Numbered from the stretch's first letter, positions 42,316-56,645 are shown. The stretch is 64,000 bases of DNA from Octopus vulgaris (GCA_951406725.2 OX597826.1:58900001-58964000); one strand, 5' to 3'. Numbers and translations: made by a program. Notes: a model not told the origin generated them from the letters alone.

Positions 42316-42419
42316 TATATACATACGTGCGTGTCTGTGTGTGTGTGTTAATGCACATACACATATATCTACTCATATAAACAAACGTCTCTATTGGTAA
42401 TATAATATTGAAAACCAAG

Positions 42420-42870
42420 GGCGCGATCTGTCGGAATCCTTGGCATGCCGAAATAAATGCTTAGCGGCATTTTATCCGTCTTATTTCAAATTACGCCAAG
42501 TTCGACTTTACCTTTCATACCTTCTTGGTCGAAAAAGTAAGTACCATCTAAGCACTGGTTGGATTAGGGGTTCGATGTAATTGACTCACCACCTCTCATG
42601 ACATTGCTGGCCTTGTGTTAAATTTTGAAACCGGTGTTTACTTGAAAATCAAGGCGGCGAGGTGGCTGAGTTGTTTGCACGTCGGGTAAAATGCTTAATA
42701 ACATTTCATCCGTTTTTATATTCTGAGGTAACATTCCATGAAGGTCGACTTTGCCTTTCATCTTTTCGGGGGTCGATTAAATATGAATCAGTTGGGCACC
42801 GGGGGGTCAATGTAATCGACTTACCTTCTGCCCCGGAAACTGATGGCCTTGTGCCAAAATTTGAAATCAA
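42420..42870 (+). mobile_element. Two diverged SINE family C copies
   Basis: TCGACTTT(A/G)CCTTTCAT and GGCCTTGTG..AAA(T/A)TTTGAAA tails at 42420-42635 and 42652-42870. Confidence 0.65.
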
Positions 42871-43447
42871 TTTTATATCGAAAACTGTAACCTAAACCTA
42901 TCCATTTCTACTCTAAACAAACCCGTCTCTGAACAGAAATTTAAATAAATTAGTATGACTTTAGATTAGTTATTAGAATCATTGAATTAGAAAATTATTA
43001 TGCTTTATTTATTCATTTATTCATTTGAAACCCAAACAACTATACAAGCAATAAACCCACCCCAGACTAAATTAGATATATACACAAACACTCAAAAAAA
43101 AAACAGGCACATACATACCAATCGAAGGCTTATCGCTTGGTTGACTGGAGTAGTAATTAAGTAATAATTTTCGGAATTTTCATTAACTGAAATCTCCCGG
43201 CTCGAATGTTAATGTCGTAACGGTGGAAAGAAGTAAATGGATAAAACACTTGGATATCAGCTCATTTGGTAATTCTTCGTTTGTTTGTTTGTTTATTTTA
43301 GTTTTACTCTTACCTTGTGTTTAGGTTAGTTTCGGCTGAAATATAACTAATACACAGGCATGTACACTTACATAAAAGTGTACGTATATATATGTATAAA
43401 CCTAGATATATGTATATATATACGTACAAGTGCACGCCCACGCACAA

Positions 43448-43487
<40 letters not shown>

Positions 43488-43490
<3 letters not shown>

Positions 43491-43571
43491 GAACTCAGAA
43501 CGTAACAACAGACGAAATAGCGCAAAGCATTTCGCCCGACGCGCTAACGTTTCTGCCAGCTCGCCGCCTTT

Positions 43572-43608
<37 letters not shown>

Positions 43609-43750
43609 AAAGGTCATATATATATATATATATATATATATCGATAAACAAAGTACCAGTTTCGCACTGGGGTCGATGTAATCGACTTAATCCATTTGTC
43701 TGTTCTTGTTTGTCCCCTCTATGTTTAGCCCCTTGTGGGCAGTAAAGAAA

Positions 43751-43752
<2 letters not shown>
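43488..43752. mobile_element. SINE family C fragments (minus head 43488-43570, plus tail 43645-43752)
   Basis: Direct similarity to 59694-59912. Confidence 0.7.
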
Positions 43753-43798
<46 letters not shown>

Positions 43799-44069
43799 TA
43801 TGTATGTATTTGCACCACGCTCTAATCATTCGAACTCCTCGGGGTTTATCTTAATTCGTCTCAGCGGTGTATATATTATGCATACATTATACTCATGGAG
43901 GTATACTTTTATACGCAAATATATACGTTCGCACGTATATGCAACATATATGTATCTCTGCGTGTGCATGCGTCTGTGTGCGTGTCTTGCACACACATAT
44001 TCAGTAATTACAGAAATTATTGCTCCACAGTGCTTCGTAGGTTCTTGCGATGTATAATCAGTGTATGCG

Positions 44070-44156
<87 letters not shown>

Positions 44157-44162
44157 CCCCAT

Positions 44163-44219
<57 letters not shown>

Positions 44220-44632
44220 ATGTCCTGTTATTTGTATTTGTGTAACATTCTCAGCTTTTTTTTCGCCCTAGTTTTCGTATACATTCGCTGCTTTCTTCCA
44301 AGGAATCTAATCTAATCTCTTAGCTTGGTTTTTCCTTGGGGATGGCCAGATTGGAGCAATTTTTCACACAATTGCCACTACTGGTATCATCACTACTAAC
44401 ATCACAACCACCAACTGGAATGTCAACACTGATGAGTGTGACAGTAAGGTTAAAACCGCTCTCTCTCTCTCACACACACACACGCACACACATTCATAAG
44501 ATTTAGAACTACATGTGTGTGTGTATGTGTGTGTGTGCGTGTGTGTGCGTGTGTGTGCGTGTGTTTGCATGTATGTATATTCATGAATATATATAAATAT
44601 ATCGAGAGAGAGAGAGAGAGAGTGAAAGAGAA

Positions 44633-44664
<32 letters not shown>

Positions 44665-44720
44665 TGAAAGAGAGAAAGAGAAAGAGAGAGATAGAGAATG
44701 AAAAGAGAGAAAGAGAGAGT

Positions 44721-44752
<32 letters not shown>

Positions 44753-46109
44753 GATAGAGAGAGAGAGATACAGTTAGATAGAAAGGTAAAAAGCGAAAGA
44801 GGGGAAAAATTTAACGCACTTTAACAAGCTGACAACAAAGGCGTCTAACTATATACAAAGTAAATGGGCGGCGCTGGTCCAACCTATGTAATGTGAGGGG
44901 TGGAATTAAACACCGAAAATTGTACGTGATCTAACACACATAAATATGACTCAGGACTGAAATGTCTGTATGGTTTTGCATGTCGCTAAAAAGAGCAGCC
45001 AAATCTCCTTAAAATGTTCACTCTCAAGTGCGTAATTGATAATTTAGACTGGCGTAGGAAAAATATGTGCCGCCCAGTCCCCTAAAAGCCTATACAGCAT
45101 TATGCAGTCGATCCCAAGTGCCGCTCCAATGAACGCGTCGCCTGGACTGGACTTTCACACTCGCTCTTCTTTCGCCTTACCTAGGTACGCTACTGATAAT
45201 CTAGCCTTTGAAGTATAGTGTCTGCGATTGTCCAAGGGCTAAATAATAATAACACAATCATTCTCTGAACGAAAAATATATTCACTGCGCATTAATTCCA
45301 TAGTCACACATGCAATACGAACATATGTTGCATGTATTCGTATTGCATGTAGAATCAACAAGGCGGCGATCCACAATTTTGAATCAATTTATTGTAATAT
45401 TCAACATAAACGATGGTTTTGTTAGGTTCTGATACTGGCGCATGTCGAGGTCGATTTTTTGCCTTTGATCTTGACGAGATCGATTTTGCCTTTAATCTTG
45501 ATGAGTTCGATAAAATAAAATTAGAAAGTACTGATAAAAATATTAAACTAAATATCAATTTAACCCAGACACATTATCTGTACTTCGATTGCTAAATTGA
45601 TTTCTTTAGTGAAAGCAGTAGTTGTAAGAATATTGCATGCCAGGAAATAGACTTTGGCTTATTCCATGCCACAACTGCAATTGTCTTGAAGCATAACGAG
45701 ATCCATAAAATAAAGTTAGGAAGTACAAATGTAATCATCAAAATAGATATAATCTTACTTCAGGCGGAAAAGCTGTGCTTCGATTGCTAGATTGATTTCT
45801 TCAGCGAAAGAAGTTTGTGTGCATATCACATTCTTGTAAATAGTCTTTGGGCTATTGTACCCCACAAGCAGTATGGCCATTCAGAAGCGGAATCATTGAC
45901 AGGCAGTAATTCTTGAAGTGCCCTAATGGGTTTAAAAACTAGGACTGTCCCTGTTGTTATAATTTTATATAATAGATCATATGGCGAAGTGATGGTATTA
46001 CGTTCATCCATGAGGTGGCAGACGAATATGCCGACTCCTTGGTCTGTCGTTGTCCATTCCTTTCCATATAAATGATTATGTATTAAACCTATTATTAGAG
46101 TGTGTCAAA

Positions 46110-46505
46110 AGCGGCGAGCTGGCAAAAACGTTAGCACGCCGGGCGAAAGGCTTAGCGGTATTTCGTCTGCCGCTACGTTCTGAGTTCCAATTCCGCCGAG
46201 GTCAACTTTGCCTTTCATCCTTTCGGGGTCGATTAAATAAGTACCAGTTACGCACTGGGGTCGATATTATCGACTTAATCCGTTTGTCTGTCCTTGTTTG
46301 TCCCCTCTATGTTTAGCCCCTTGTGGGCAGTAAAGAAATAGGTATTTCATCCCTCTCTAAGTTCAGCGTTCAAATTCCGCCGAAGTCGATTTTGCCTTTC
46401 ATCGTTTCAGGGTCGATGAATTAAGTACAAGTTGCGTACTGGGGTAGATCTAATCGACTGGCCCACTCTCCCAAAATTTCAGGCCTTGTGCCTATAATAG
46501 AAAGA
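46110..46505 (+). mobile_element. SINE family C dimer (tail-A unit followed by tail-B unit)
   Basis: Junction AAAGAAATA|GGTATTTC at 46340/46341. Confidence 0.85.
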
Positions 46506-47277
46506 ATTATTAGAGCGTGCCAAATCATCAGAGATTCGAACAAATTAACTTGCGATATTCAGTTCGACTTTTTATGTCTTTTGTTCAAAATCCACCGATG
46601 TCATTTTTGCTTTTCAAACTTACGAAGTCGATAAAATAAACTCAATTTAGTGGGTCCCTGTAATCTACTGGGTCCCTGCAATCGGCTAGAAACTTCCCTT
46701 CAAACCTCTTGTTTTGTGTCTTAATTAGAAATTATTGTTAGTAGCTCTGTCAGAGCCATCGGTGTTATGCCAAACCCGTTTAGGCCGCGTTCTCTCTTCT
46801 CCACCGGCCAAAGACGGTGCAGTGTAGTAGATGGGCCAACAAGAAAATGCAAGCAAAATTTTGTTCCATAACAATATAGAAATGCGTTTTGTCATGGGAG
46901 ATTTCAGTCAGAAATATAAGGTTGGGACAAAAGAAGAACAGCAACGACTACACCACTTTCACCATCGTTATTACAACCAATGATTATAATACCGCCCCCG
47001 ACATCACCACCACAACCACCACAACCACCGCCATCATCACCACCACCTCAGTCATCACGGTTACCTCTTCAATCAACAAGAACCTCGTGACTACCTCCAC
47101 TACGAGCTGCAGCAATGACCATAACGATAGCAGTAACGAGCCTCTGTGTGACCACACGATCTACTAGAAATAGCAGTAGCATCTATCTCGAACCTCACAG
47201 TAAAGTCTTTAAAATGGACATTGGATAATTTACGTAACTCAGGCTTCTTTATATCTGGAAAACATGAAAGAATAATG

Positions 47278-47347
<70 letters not shown>

Positions 47348-47349
47348 GA

Positions 47350-47795
47350 TTTGCTTGTCAGTTGTTTGACCTTAACCAGTTGACTATGTCCCTTGGTGGC
47401 TGACGATACGTGCATCTCTGATCTTGAGCAGAAGTAGTGGGGGAGCATCATAGCCGTGTGTTGAAAGGAATTCTTAGAGGTTTGGATAATTCAGCTTTGG
47501 AAACATGGGTGGTTCGTTCAACATCCTTAAACAATCCTTCTTCAGGGACCTTTTGAACGGGATGGAATACTTGACCAGAAGAAAATTCTAACTGGGCCCC
47601 CACCTGCAAGGTCATGCGCTGTTTATCTTGATATGAGATAACCATGTCGCGCACATATGGTTGTGATGCATGTGCCTGGTGTAGCCTTATCAGACGGGTA
47701 GTCATGATGGGTATACTGGGCTTCGTATATTTTACCCCTGTGTCACTATGATGGCATGCACTGCTCTCTTACTCACTAATGATAATAATAATAAT
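47350..47795 (+). mobile_element. Probable 3' end of a non-LTR element lying in (TAA)n
   Basis: GC-richer ~430 bp block bounded by (TAA)n on both sides; class inferred. Confidence 0.45.
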
Positions 47796-47833
47796 AACAG
47801 CAACAATAACAACAGCAACAACAACAACAACAA

Positions 47834-47870
<37 letters not shown>

Positions 47871-48250
47871 AATAATAATATAAATAAATTAGAATGCGTT
47901 GATTTTCGTTCTGCTTCATCACGGCTCAACTATTGATAAACAAACAACATTAGGAACTGCATCAGCATCAGCAGCATCAGCAGCAGCATCATCAGCATCA
48001 TCAGCAGCATCATCAGCAGCATCAGCATCAGCAGCAACAAAAACAATAACAACAACCACAACAGCAAGAGCAGTAACATAATTATTAGGCACCATCACCA
48101 CCACCACCACCACCACCATCACACCATCACGACAACAACAACAACAACAATAACAACGGCAACAAGAACTAGAACAACGACAGCGGCGACGACTGCAACA
48201 ACATCAACAACAACAACAACGACAACAACAACAACAACAACAAAAACAAC
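47795..48250. repeat. (AAC)n, (GCA/TCA)n and (ACC)n compound repeats
   Basis: Visible directly. Confidence 0.85.
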
Positions 48251-48904
48251 TGCAACAGGGCATCATCCCTTTCACAACGATAATACAACCTAGAGGGCGG
48301 CATGGCAGGAAGAAAGAACGATTTCAATAAGAAAATTCCTGGTATTGATTAGAGAGTTAGATATATAGAGGATTCTCAAAGGACCTATTGCAACTTATCT
48401 TCCTTCCAATTAAGTTTTCAATGTGTTCACTTATTGTAACCCGAAGCTTGATTTTTGTGTTCAATACAATCTGTATTTGTGTTCAATACAATCCTGTATT
48501 TATTGGCTACATTGACACTGAATGAAGAGAGGCTGACTGCGAAGAATTGGATGCGTTACTTACGGGTTGCCTGCGGATGAAATCCACTGTTAGAGTTCTT
48601 GATTGGAAGAGTTTCAGTGTTAACATATTGACATAGATATTTACCGTGTGCAGTGCTTGACTGTGTATATATACATATACATATACATATTCATATACAT
48701 ATACATTTGAAAGTGTGTAAATGACAATAGAACAGAGACAGCGTAAGTTTTAAATTGAAAGATTTGCACAAGGTGTATATATTGATACGATAGATGCATT
48801 ATACAGGATTAGAGAGGATTTAATGGAGCTTATAGATATTAGGTTAGATACAGCTTACTAATATTGACTCTGTTTGTGTGTGTATGAATATATGTATATA
48901 TATT

Positions 48905-49072
48905 ATATTATATTATATTGGAGGAAAAATCAAAAGCAAGGCAGAACAAGTATCTCAAGTCATTTAGAATAATTTAATAAGAGTAAGGCGAATTACCCTA
49001 ATTTAATTATTCTAAATGACTTGAGATACGCGTTCTGCCTTGCTTTTGATTTTTTCCTCTAATATAATATAT
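48905..49072. mobile_element. Fold-back element, ~75 bp arms
   Basis: GAGGAAAAATCAAAAGCAAGGCAGAAC..TCATTTAGAATAATT and its reverse complement at ~49000-49072. Confidence 0.7.
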
Positions 49073-49213
49073 ACATACTATAACAGAAGCCTAACACGAA
49101 TACCTAGATCCTGCCTTAGCTCTAATTTTGGAACCTAATGGTCGACCAACTATGGCACTTACCCAGTGTACCTATTCGTTTAGATCTCTACCCCCTCTCC
49201 ATCTCTCTGTTTT

Positions 49214-49298
<85 letters not shown>

Positions 49299-49330
49299 TT
49301 TATTTTCTCTCCTTTTTTCTTTATGTGTTC

Positions 49331-49366
49331 CTTTCTGTGGAAGAGCATAGGCTCGAAACGTTAAAG
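49331..49366 (+). ncRNA. Minimal HHR-like motif (A6U variant) in a ~170 bp element between (TA)n tracts
   Basis: CTTT-CTGTGGA-A-GAGC(ATAG)GCTC-GAA-ACGT-T-AAAG; same architecture as 20162-20198. Confidence 0.55.
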
Positions 49367-49562
49367 ACTTTTTCACTTCCCGAGCGTTAAACTAATACAT
49401 CTGTTTGTTGCCTACACCACCTGTCGTCATCGTTTGTTTTATTTTTGTGAATTATCCTCCCTATATATATATATATATAGGTATGTTAATGTAAACAGGA
49501 AAAAATGTACTCAAAATATGAGTATATATATATATTTATTAACGTTTAGCAATAACAGAGTG

Positions 49563-49605
49563 ACTCGAGGTCCAAGAGTTTCGTGCGTTGGCACTTATCA
49601 AGAGT
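49563..49605 (-). ncRNA. HHR-like motif, U3:A8 variant
   Basis: ACTC-TTGATAA-GTGC(CAAC)GCAC-GAAA-CTCTTGGACC-TC-GAGT; helix III weak. Confidence 0.55.
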
Positions 49606-50711
49606 TTGTTATAGCTCTCAAGAGCCCTATAATTTATGAGTAAAGTTGGAAAATGGAAACTGTATGGAATCCCAGTGTATATACTTGTGTGTGATTTTGT
49701 AATTAATTTTCTTTTGATATACATTATTTTCGAAACTGTATAATGGAATTCCAAAGTATAAAATTTTGCAATTGATAATGAATATATTATTAAATAAACT
49801 TCACGAATGATAGCGCTGAAACAGATTTTGAGAACCATTTTTATGTAGCTTCAGAAGGTTTGTGAAGGTGCACGACTTTGTTACGGTGTTGGCTTCATGA
49901 CTGTAAGATTATAGTTTCGATTCCTGTGCAAAGTATTTCATCTCACGTTGCTCCAGTCCGCTCACCTGACACAAAAACGTACCATCCTACGACTGACTGC
50001 TTCGAAACCTGCAACTACTATACTCAGATTATAAATTCACAATTATATTTAAGTACATTTATGTACTTCCTGAGTAAGTACATAAATGACTGTGGAATAC
50101 AGGGAGCTTTCTGAAAAAGAAACCAACTAGGTACAATATACATTACAAATACAGTCTGAAAGCGGAACGATAAATATATACATGACATTTCTCAAGTTGA
50201 ACATCTAAATTTGTTTTTTGCTGTCTACATTCCGACGACGTAAGAAACCAGCTGCATCATACATGATGGCTTTAATTAATAAAAAATCGAAAAGATCATA
50301 CATACATACCCATTTCATATTACACTCTTCTGATATTCAAAAATTATTTCTGAATAAGATACTCCGGTCGATTTCTTCGCCCCTTTCCTCACCTCTAGAA
50401 CGTCTAAACTTGTACCTATCTATGTTAAAACTATCACTGGTCATATAGCATCTCTTTTAATCACATTATACTCTAGTAATAATTTAACAGAGCCGATACC
50501 AACTTATGTGAAAAGTATGTGTGCAAAACATGGTATAATTATATAATGCTTGACATGTGAAATCGTATAATTTCGTGACTTTAACAGGAAATTAGTAATT
50601 AAAAACAATGGCGTTTCTAAACTTTTTTTTCTTTTTGCACTCTCTCCCATACACACGTATACGCATAAACGTCAGTATGTATATCTATATATGTACAAAG
50701 ATACACATATA

Positions 50712-50880
<169 letters not shown>

Positions 50881-51017
50881 TATATATATATATGCGCGCG
50901 TGTGTGTATGTGTGTATATATATATAATAAATCTCTGAACGACAGTAACTGCACGACAATGTGAGGTATATTTGCCATCTCAATATGGCTAACCACTAAG
51001 GGTGGGTGTTACTGTAG

Positions 51018-51065
<48 letters not shown>

Positions 51066-51136
51066 GTATATATATATATGTATATATGTATGTCCTCTCT
51101 CTATATATATGTATATGTATATATACATACGTACTT

Positions 51137-51190
<54 letters not shown>

Positions 51191-51779
51191 GTCTGTAGAG
51201 AGTCATTCTGTTTTAATGCCTTATTAACACACTCACCGGTTCGATTTCCACTCGTTTGCTTATTCGTGTGTGTGTGTGTGTGTCATTGTGTCAGTATTTG
51301 TGCCCCACCACTGTTTGACAACCGGTGTTGGCTTATTCACATCGCCGTAACTTAACGCTTTTGTCAATGAGACCGAGAGAATAAATACAAGGTTGATAAT
51401 ATATATGTTTCGGAATCAATTCGTTCGAGTAAAATTTTTAAAGGCGGTGCGTTTTCATTTTTTTATGATTATTTCGATTCATATTCAAAGGACAATCTTG
51501 ATCCACTATTCATATTATTTATATACATCATCACATCTTACATTACTTTGCGATATAATAAATATTGAATTATCTATGAATTTATACATTTTTTCTCCTA
51601 TATACACACGTCCCATAACTGTATTTCATATTTGATACTTTATGAATATCACTGATTAATTCGCCACTTTGTAGCTATTATCACTATTACACCTTTTTAG
51701 CCTTTTCCAATTTCCTAACCATTCCATCGTAATACTCATAGATATGAGTATTATACGTAATGCTCTTATTATAGTAGAA

Positions 51780-52085
51780 TGTACTCAGTGGTTAGAGCGT
51801 CGGGCTCACAATCATGAGGTAGTGAGTTCAATTCCCGGACCGGGCTGTATGTTGTGTTCTTGAGCAAGACGCTTTATTTTACGATGCTCCAGTTCACTCA
51901 GCTGTAGAAATGAGTTGCAACGGCACTGGTGCCAAGTTGTATCGGCCTTTACGTTTCCCTTGGATAACATCTGTGGAGTAGATAGGGAAGGCTTCCACAA
52001 ACAGCCTTACCCGGATTTGTGCTTCGAAGGGTAAGTTTCTTCGTACAATCCCATGGACATTCATGACCGAAATGGGGTCTTTTTT
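51780..52085 (+). mobile_element. tRNA-derived SINE family D (CORE-like central block)
   Basis: CTCAGTGGTTAGAGCG..GAGTTCAATTCCC, then TGTGTTCTTGAGCAAGACGCTTTATTT; diverged relatives at ~49880(+) and ~57620(-). Confidence 0.75.
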
Positions 52086-52544
52086 TCCTTAGTACGAATC
52101 GCTGCTTTGCCATGATTTATACAGCTGGAAGCACTTCCTAATGCTCCGCTCCACACTAGAAGCTACATTGGTTGCTTCTCCCGTGGCACCAGCATTAGTG
52201 AGGTCACTATATAAATCATAAGGCAGAATACCAATGTTGTGTAAAGTCTATGTAAACGTGTGAAGATATACTGCCTCATAACATTATATGACATCCCGAA
52301 ATATGCTAAACACAATAATTTCGTGATTTTAACAGGAAATTGGTTATTAAAAACATAAATGTGAAAATTTATTTATTTCCATTTTATATATTAATTTTAT
52401 ATTAATTTATGTATTTTCTTATTCTTTGAACTCAAAATCGCCATGTATGTCTATTTTTTAAAAACACTTTTGATTTCATATTCTGTTTGTGTATTGTATT
52501 TGAAACACGTGGATAGTAGATGGGGAAACGGAAGAGAAAGAGGG

Positions 52545-52829
52545 GGAGGAGGAGCAGGAGCCGGAGGAAAAGAAGAAGAAGAAGAAGAAGAAGAAGAAGA
52601 AGAAGAAGAAGAAGGAGAAGGAGAAGGAGAAGGAGAAGGAGAAGGAGAAGGAGAAGGAGAAGGAGAAGGAGAAGAAGAAGAAGAAGAAGAAGAAGAAGGA
52701 GAAGGAGAAGGAGGAGGAGGAGGAGGAGGAGGAGAAGAAGGAGAAGGAGAAGAAGAAGAAGGAGAAGAAGAAGAAGAAGAAGAAGAAGAAGAAGAAGAAG
52801 AAGAAGAAGAAGAAGAAGAAGAAGAAGAA
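52545..52829. repeat. Long purine (GAA/GGA)n tract
   Basis: Visible directly; source of poly-E/R/L ORFs. Confidence 0.95.
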
Positions 52830-53512
52830 TGGACGACAGCAGGAACAACGAAATGAAATTAATGCGTGTTTACGTGGACATTGGAAAGTGATGAGAAAAT
52901 TTTGAAAATATTGAATGATATAGAAATTGGTAAAATAAAGAATATGTTATTAAGAAATGATTGTATTTTACTATTTAACGCGATTTGCAATATTAATTGT
53001 TCTAAGCATGGGTACGTGACCAGAAATTTACGGAGAGAAATGGAGAGGCGGAGAGAGGGAGAAAAAGAGAGGAAGGGAAAAGAAGGAAGAGAGGGGAGTA
53101 AGAGCAGAGAGGGAGAAAAGGAAAGAGAGGGAGGAGGGGAAAGAGGTAGAAAGGAAGCTGTTGATGATATCTACGTTAGTAGTTTTCTGGTGTCTTATCT
53201 TTATCAAATCTGGAAGGATTAAGTTTGAACCCGACAGGATTTTAATTCAAGAGTTAAAGAGCAGGAATAAATACCACAAGGCATTTTGCCTGATGATTCA
53301 ACAATTCTGCAATCTGTTAGGCATTTACACAGACACACAGACACACACAACATATATGTATAAATTAAAAATTGTTTCCAGTTCAGATATGCATGAGCGA
53401 TATTCGAACCCTTAAGAAAGCACTTTAATGTATATTGTCATGGAGAAAACTTCCCACTGGACAGAAATAAGTATAAACACACCGAGTCTGTTCGCAGTGC
53501 TCCGGAACCAGA

Positions 53513-53560
53513 CTGCTGGACGCATGAATTTCGGCGTGGTTATACCGTCTTCAGTAGCAG
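53513..53560 (-). ncRNA. Type I hammerhead ribozyme in a ~340 bp GC-richer island (~53400-53740)
   Basis: CTGCTA-CTGAAGA-CGGTATAACCACGCC-GAAA-TTCATGC-GTC-CAGCAG; one mismatch at the base of helix I. Confidence 0.65.
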
Positions 53561-54784
53561 AGACCGGAAAGGCAGACGCTTCGAGCTGACACGAGAGATG
53601 GGTCCCTCTTATGATATTCAAGTCATCGCTCAATGATTGGTTGCAGTATTCAGCGACTCGCCTTAAACATAATTCGGGGTTATAGCGCTGAGATAACTCG
53701 GAAGCAGTTCAAATATGCCTGAGAAATATTCGAGACTGTAAAAAAGTCATTCTCTGTATTTTGTTATGCAGACAAATGTGTAAATATTTCGCTGTAGAGA
53801 GATAGATGTGAAAACAGTAAGTCAGTTCACAGCACCCACTTACTATTTGTATTTGTACACATCACTGTCACGCCGTAGTTAGTTCACGGCAAGCCGCTGA
53901 ATACCACAACCAGTTATTGAAGAGGGACATGTCTTTCTTGTCAGTTCGTAGTGTTTCCCTTTCATCCCTAAAAGGAAAGGTTGACCTCGGTGGAATTTGT
54001 GCTCAGAACGTAGAGTCTGACGAAATAGCGTTAAGCACTGAGTGAACGACGTAATGGACAAACGCCGTCCTCCAAAATTTTAGGACTTGTGTCTATATCT
54101 GAAAGAATTGTTATAGGCAAACACAATATGAGCGCAATATAAAGTCATCAGAGAGCAAATAAAAAACAAAAATATTATGCACAGGAGTTAATCTAAATCT
54201 AAATCTCTCACGATTCCGTTAATTCGCCGGATATTTTAAATGTAAATAAGTTATAAAATTACTAGTTTGATGCATTTTAAATCTTAGTTCTAACATTCTT
54301 TTTGTCGGTTGTGTTACATCGCAGTATGGTAGATGCACATACTATAAATGGCAGCTAAATGTGCTTCAAATGATGCTTAACTAGAATCTTAAATAACTAG
54401 GCTGCATGGGTAGTATAAACATCGATATATAAAATTAAAAACAATAGAATTGATGGTCACGGTCGGAAGGTATTTGATCAAAGGGCTATATAATGAAGTT
54501 AAAACAATTTTATTTTATTTATTTATTTATTTATTTTCTTCTAATGAATGATAGGAAAATATCAACAAATAATCAGAAAGAATTTAAGCAGAGAAATTAT
54601 TATTGAATGAGAGAGAGAGGGGGAAAGGACAGATTGAGAGAGAGAGAGAGGGGGGAGAAAGAGAAAGAGGGCAGGGATAGCGGAGGAAAAAGAGGGCGGA
54701 AAAGATAAAAGATAGCGTGGTATTTGTAAATATATATACATATATATGTGTGAGTGTGTGTGCGCGTGCGTGTATCTTTATGTA

Positions 54785-54819
<35 letters not shown>

Positions 54820-55563
54820 GTTTAAATACACATATACTTATATATATGTGCGTGTGTGTATGTATGTATGTATATATATATATATGTTTATATACACATA
54901 TACATATATATATATACATATGTGTGTGTGTGTATGTATGTATATATATGTATATATATATATGTGTGTGTGTGTGTGTGCATATGTGTATGTATATGTA
55001 TATATATCCTATGAGTGAGAATGTCATACATATGTACATATATGCATAAACATATGTATATGTGCGTATACAATGATAATGATGATGATGATGATGATGA
55101 TGATAATGGTGGTGGTAATGATGATAATGCGTGTATGTCTCTGTGTGTGTGCGAGTGTATTCCTCAGTATGCGCACCACAGAAATGAAGTGCTGAAAGAG
55201 TTTGTTATGCAGTACAATGAAAAGATAATCATGTTTTAACGTAATCAATGTAAACATTTCAATAAAGTCCAAATTGGCAGTGGATGGGTCAAAGTTCACA
55301 TTTATATCCCTGACAAGTCTGTCAATATTTAGACTGTATTTTTTTTTGTTTTTAAGTGGTGATGGAAGTAGTGGTGCAGGTGGTAGTGGTGATGGTGGTG
55401 GTGTGCTGTATTTTCAAATTCCACTTTGTTGTATGATGTTTGGTTTCCTTTGATTAGCGCAACACTTCTCCATACCCAACACAATCAAACGCACAATCTC
55501 ACACACATATTTATATACAAACGAATATATAGTATGCATTCACATATATGTATACGTATTATA

Positions 55564-55643
<80 letters not shown>

Positions 55644-55948
55644 TATGTATATATATATATGTATACATATTTATATGTATATATATATATATATGAGTGT
55701 GTGTGTGTGCATATATATGTATATAGCGAAAAAGCTAGTTTTAAAATCTAAGAGATGAATGCAGTAGTTGTTCTAGCAAGTAATGTTCGTATCCATTTCA
55801 ACATGGTTGGCCGTTCGAACGGACTCTACTGCGATTTGTTTAACCCCAAGAAGACATCTCTAGCTATTTTACGATGCACACCTTTCTCCGAGAGATTTTA
55901 TAACTAGCTTTCTGTTTGTTGCAAAATCAGCGGGTGTGTGCTGATTGA

Positions 55949-56008
<60 letters not shown>

Positions 56009-56234
56009 GAAATATTAAAATTACTAAGTCTCTCTAAAAGAGAACAACGGCAGCGTTCCCGGAAAATATTAGTTATCGCCATACTAATATGGCATTCTTA
56101 TAAAAATAAGAATAAAGCTGACCGCTTATTAGCTCCATGAGGCCATCGCCTTAAGTTAGCTATTTGATACACAAACTGTATCCATATAACCTTTGAACAA
56201 GGGAGGTCAGTCGCTCCACACTACTTGGCCGGCA

Positions 56235-56275
56235 GCTACAGACGCGTTTCGGGTATTGCCCCTTTTCAATGCAGC
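56235..56275 (-). ncRNA. Type I hammerhead ribozyme, U3:A8 variant
   Basis: GCTGCA-TTGAAAA-GGGG(CAATA)CCC-GAA-ACGCGT-C-TGTAGC. Confidence 0.8.
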
Positions 56276-56604
56276 GTAGCCAAACCAGTAGGTGTCGCTT
56301 CCGACAATCTCTGTTCAAAGGTTTTATTTACCTAGCTTCGGTGGAATACATCCACTTGTTTTCAATAATAGAAATATTAAAATTGTTAAGTCTCTCTAAA
56401 AGAGAACAACGGCAGCGTTCCCGGAAAATATTAGTTATCGCCATACTAATATGGCATTCTTATAAAATTAAGAATAAAGCTGACCGCTTATTAGTAATTT
56501 TAATATTTCTATTATTGAAAACAAGTGGATGTATTCCACCGAAGCTAGGTAAATAAAACCTTTGAACAGAGATTGTCGGAAGCGACACCTACTGGTTTGG
56601 CTAC

Positions 56605-56645
56605 GCTGCATTGAAAAGGGCAATACCCCGAAACGCGTCTGTAGC
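56605..56645 (+). ncRNA. Type I hammerhead ribozyme, U3:A8 variant (inverted copy)
   Basis: GCTGCA-TTGAAAA-GGG(CAATAC)CCC-GAA-ACGCGT-C-TGTAGC; GUC site at 56637-56639. Confidence 0.8.

Noticed and set aside
45048-45350. Possible MITE ends (CTGGCGTAGG / CCTAGGTACGCTACTG) and a 14-bp hairpin at 45308-45350
   Set aside because: Too degenerate, no TSD or second copy in the window
52432-52891. Poly-Arg (protamine-like), poly-Glu and poly-Leu ORFs
   Set aside because: All arise from one (GAA/GGA)n tract; no supporting gene structure
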